A stretch of 53,571 nt of DNA, filler included, from Squatina squatina (lineage: Eukaryota), in NCBI GenBank assembly GCA_031763465.1. It is 3 parts of 2 records of this genome, joined end to end, with 100 filler letters (N's around TTAATTAATTAA, not from the genome) between each part and the next. Parts side by side here need not be neighbours in the genome. Positions count along the whole stretch, not along the records: positions 31,716 to 53,571 come from JARFOE010000192.1; 2 more parts are not named here. One strand, written 5' to 3'. The position numbers were made by a program, and so were the translations under genes. The number at the start of each line of letters is the position of its first letter. The first letter of the stretch is position 1. Below are positions 50,200 to 53,571 of the stretch, one piece after another. Under the pieces are notes generated by a model. The model made no database searches and was not told where the DNA came from. It saw nothing but the letters and a program-made list of their open reading frames with translations.

Positions 50200-52278
50200 G
50201 TCAAAATCTTTCGAGCACCTGGAGGGTTTAATAAAACATTTAATAGGGGAGCAGTAGTGCTTGGCTCACTCAGTTAACTGTCAGCTACCTTGACTTGATG
50301 TCTCATAACTGTTTATGTGCCACTTTACAAGAATATCTAACGCAGGAGAGCTTGGCAGAGGCAGGCAAAGACGGGACAAGGAGGCAGAGAAGAAGAAGGC
50401 ACAATCTGCAAACTTGGATGAAATTGGCCTCAGGATATGCAGACTGATGTCTGTGACAACATACTGACCAAAAGGTCATTTGTGTCATTTGTGTCATTTG
50501 GAAGTTCCTCCAGCATTATATCTGTAAGTTGCTTAATTACTGCTGGTATAACGCTTTACAGCTGATGGCACTTTTTACATTTATAACACTGTGCACTGGC
50601 ATGGCCTCAGTACAAAGTTACACAGAATGTGCCTGTTTCTTACTCAAATGCAGACTTATAGAGAAACATGCTGCAAGCTTGTTTTTGTTGCTGCATTTTG
50701 AGTCTTAGCCGACAGGAATTTAAGAATGAAGATGATTGATTTAGCGGGGACAAAGGTAAGTCGCATTCAGATTTGGTTGTGTTTTACTGGAACCTAACTC
50801 TAAAGCTGCTGATAAACAGTAAAAGCTGTAAAGCAGTAGACATTCCATTTCTGGTGTCTTATGGGAGAAAGCCAACCCTAATTAAATGAGGGTCAACAGA
50901 AAGGTCACTTACACTTACAATAACTTTATTGTGTATTAATTCTGCTGCCCTACTGACAATGANNNNNNNNNNNNNNNNNNNNNNNNNNNNNNNNNNNNNN
51001 NNNNNNNNNNNNNNNNNNNNNNNNNNNNNNNNNNNNNNNNNNNNNNNNNNNNNNNNNNNNNNATGAGGTGCCCCTTTAAATTAAAAATGTGTGATGTAGC
51101 ACAAGAACTCTATTGTCTACCTTAAGAAAGCTCTTGAAATTCTCTAAATGTTCACACCCTGCTTGAGCTGTACTTATCTACTCAGTAACTGACTCAGGAG
51201 TATGGGTTCCCTTGCTAAAGAATTTTAACGCCTTAAACAGCACCAAAATAGTTCTGAGAAAACTTTGTTCACAGATACTTTAAATTAAAAATCATTGCTT
51301 TATCTAGACACCATTGTCTGTACAAACAGAGTTTGATTTTCTTTTAAAGTGCTTTGCTATAGATTGAGATTGTGACATACCAAATAATTTTGTGTTCAGT
51401 AGTCAAAGAAGTTTTGACAGATGACAATGTTGTCTAAAAGCTCCAGACAGTTGTTTGTCATGTTCAAGCAATTATGGTTAACCCCTCTCACCTCTCCTTT
51501 AATCCAAAAAGACTGGTCTGCCTTTTGGAAAAGCTTTAGCTAAGTCTGAATGTGAATTCTTTTGAACCCCCTTAAACTTACTTGCCTGGAGCTGTGTCTG
51601 GAGTAAAGGTTTGGGTTTAAAGCACGTATCTTTTTGGCAACAAAAAGTCATCTACAGTAATTTATCCAAACCAGTTGCTTATCCTTACTTAACTTTTACT
51701 GGTTAAAATTATAATTCTCTTCTAAGCAATCACAACCACAAATATTTACAACCTAGAATTTTTGTTTTGTGAAACAATCTCAGGTAGCAGGAAGAACGCT
51801 TGAGATTAAAGTTATCATAATTCCCTCTGAAAGCTCAGACTGTAAGCAGTTTCCAGAAAATACTGTTGCCAATATTAGCGGTGAACAATTAATACATTCC
51901 TTTGGTATTTCTCAGTCTGCTACTTTAATAGAGGCCTTGACCTATTTAAAGTAAGCATATTAATATCATACGGACAAATGAAGTATTTATCTGCTAATAT
52001 CGACAACAGTAATTTCTGATTTATATCCCTGTGGTTGCATGCATGAAAATATTAGGCAATTTGTTGCCAAATCTCTTGTAGTATATTCATTATGAGTAAG
52101 TATTGGGTTTGATAGAGTTACTATCAATCAAATTAGACTGCAAAGTCTCCTGATAATTATTAATTCAAATTAAATTTGAAGCTTTATTGCATCTAAAAAA
52201 AGGATTTGATTGAGAATAAGAAAATGTTTTAGGTAATAAGCAAAAGTTGATCATATACAGGGTCATACACAACAATTA

Positions 52279-52326
52279 CACAGGGCATTGGTGAGGCCAC
52301 ACCTGGAGTACTATGTACAGTTCTGG
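52279..52326 (+). mobile_element. CR1 ORF2 fragment
   Basis: Encodes RALVRPHLEYYVQFW (CR1 LVRPHLEYCVQFW motif). Confidence 0.8.
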
Positions 52327-52529
52327 GGGCTGAAATTTGCTGAGTTTTAGCGCCCCTCTCTCACCGGACGTAGTCGTTCCCGGGGCATAAAGATCATTTA
52401 TCCCATTGTCGGCGTGGTTCCCGCCTAGCAGGACATTCCCGGCCTGTTTTGCAAAGGCGTCCACAGGAGATGCCTCCACAGACCGGCGTGATGCCACTTT
52501 CGGCGGCGCACAGTGATGGTGACGTTATC
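52327..52529. mobile_element. GC/CpG-rich Harbinger-like element end abutting the CR1 fragment
   Basis: Begins gggctgaaattt, similar to the reverse complement of the 47037 end (gggagtgaaatt). CpG-rich; runs into a gap. Confidence 0.6.
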
Positions 52530-53035
52530 NNNNNNNNNNNNNNNNNNNNNNNNNNNNNNNNNNNNNNNNNNNNNNNNNNNNNNNNNNNNNNNNNNNNNNN
52601 NNNNNNNNNNNNNNNNNNNNNNNNNNNNNCACCTCCCCTTTCAGAAGTGGAGGCGAGCTTTAATTGGTGCTAGCCTCACACAAACTCAGGTGCCCTACTG
52701 AGCATTCAGCTGATTGGCTGTCGCTGACTCAATTGATCATTCATTGAATAAAAGCAAGTAAACACAATTGCAAATAGTACATTAGAATATGAATATTCCA
52801 GGGTAGCAACCTTCCGTATAAGCTGCACATGGCCACACTGCCAAAAAAAATTACAGAGGCCATTGCAGGGTAGATCTTGACTTTGTGTGATAGTGTAAAG
52901 CGGATGATAATGAAACTGCAGCCCATTTTACATCTCTCCTGATTTTTATTTCCATTTACTTCCAAAAAGAAAAAGACTGGAAACATATATTAGGGCAGTA
53001 TCAATGGAGAGAAGAAGATTAAGAACAATAGCAAT

Positions 53036-53571
53036 AACTTGCATTTAAATAGTGCATTTAATGTAGAAAAATGTTCCTTCACACTTTACAGAGGCATAAT
53101 CAAAGAAAATGGATGCCAAGCCAAAGTAAGAGGGATAACCAAAAGCTTGATCAAAGAGATGGGTTTTAAAGAGGGGCTTAAGGAAATAGAAGTGGTAATT
53201 TTCATGTCGGGTGTGAGTGGAAAACTGGTGGTTTTGGATCATCTGCCCATGATACACCTGGCCTGGCTTTCCTCTCCACTGTCTTCCATGGAAAGTAAAA
53301 TTGGTCACTGCATATAAGGGGTGGCTGATCCGCAACTGCTAGTTTCTGGCTGCACCTAAATTGAAAATTACACCTAAAGGGAAGTGAAGATGTGGAGGGT
53401 GTTAGGGATAGGGTTTAGAAGCATGGGGCCAAAATGGCTGAAGGCATGGCTGCTGAGGGTGAGGCAAAGGGGTGGGATGCACAAGTGGCTGTTGTTAGAG
53501 AAACAGATAGTTCTTGGGCGGCGGGGGGCGGAGGTGCATGAAAGATTAGAAGAGGTTGGAAAGATAAACAG
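53036..53571 (-). mobile_element. L2-type LINE 3' end, interrupted by a MITE
   Basis: aacttgcatttaaatagtgc...aaaagcttgatcaaagagatgggttttaa is the reverse complement of the L2 tail seen at 44300-44410; similarity resumes after about 53378. Confidence 0.75.
53191..53375. mobile_element. MITE nested in L2
   Basis: Terminal inverted repeats agtggtaattttca...ggtg and cacc...tgaaaattacacct. Confidence 0.65.

Noticed and set aside
50340-50500. Basic, purine-rich exon-like stretch and a (gtcatttgt)x3 repeat
   Set aside because: No pyrimidine tract and early stops; the repeat is trivial.
1-53571. CRISPR arrays, rRNA/tRNA genes, operons or prokaryotic defence systems
   Set aside because: None seen. 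The DNA is intron-containing vertebrate sequence, and the tRNA-like boxes belong to SINE heads.

Overview
Vertebrate nuclear DNA, most likely from a shark or ray judging by the repeat types (inference). It is three unrelated, gap-ridden scaffolds joined by artificial 100-bp linkers (44 N + TTAATTAATTAA + 44 N) at 15002-15101 and 31616-31715, so no synteny can be read across those points. Scaffold 1 (1-15001) carries the Iroquois homeobox gene irx4 on the + strand. Coding exons 1 and 2 and the last exon with the IRO box are visible; the homeobox exon is not and probably lies in an N gap. About 9.8 kb of non-coding sequence lies upstream. Scaffold 2 (15102-31615) carries the 3' part of synpo2 (myopodin), with two and possibly three alternative C-termini, followed in tandem by internal exons of myoz2 (calsarcin-1). 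Scaffold 3 (31716-53571) has no recognisable protein gene: it holds CR1/L2 LINE remnants, Harbinger-type elements and MITEs, a ~230-bp fold-back palindrome and a divergent pair of CTCF-like motifs. I found no evidence of a new biological system. The best leads are an altered Irx4 C-terminus, a candidate extra synpo2 terminal exon, a motif shared by Synpo2 and Myoz2, a CpG-undepleted degenerate-ORF island near myoz2, and the divergent CTCF pair. All gene and repeat identifications come from my recall of family sequences, not from database searches.
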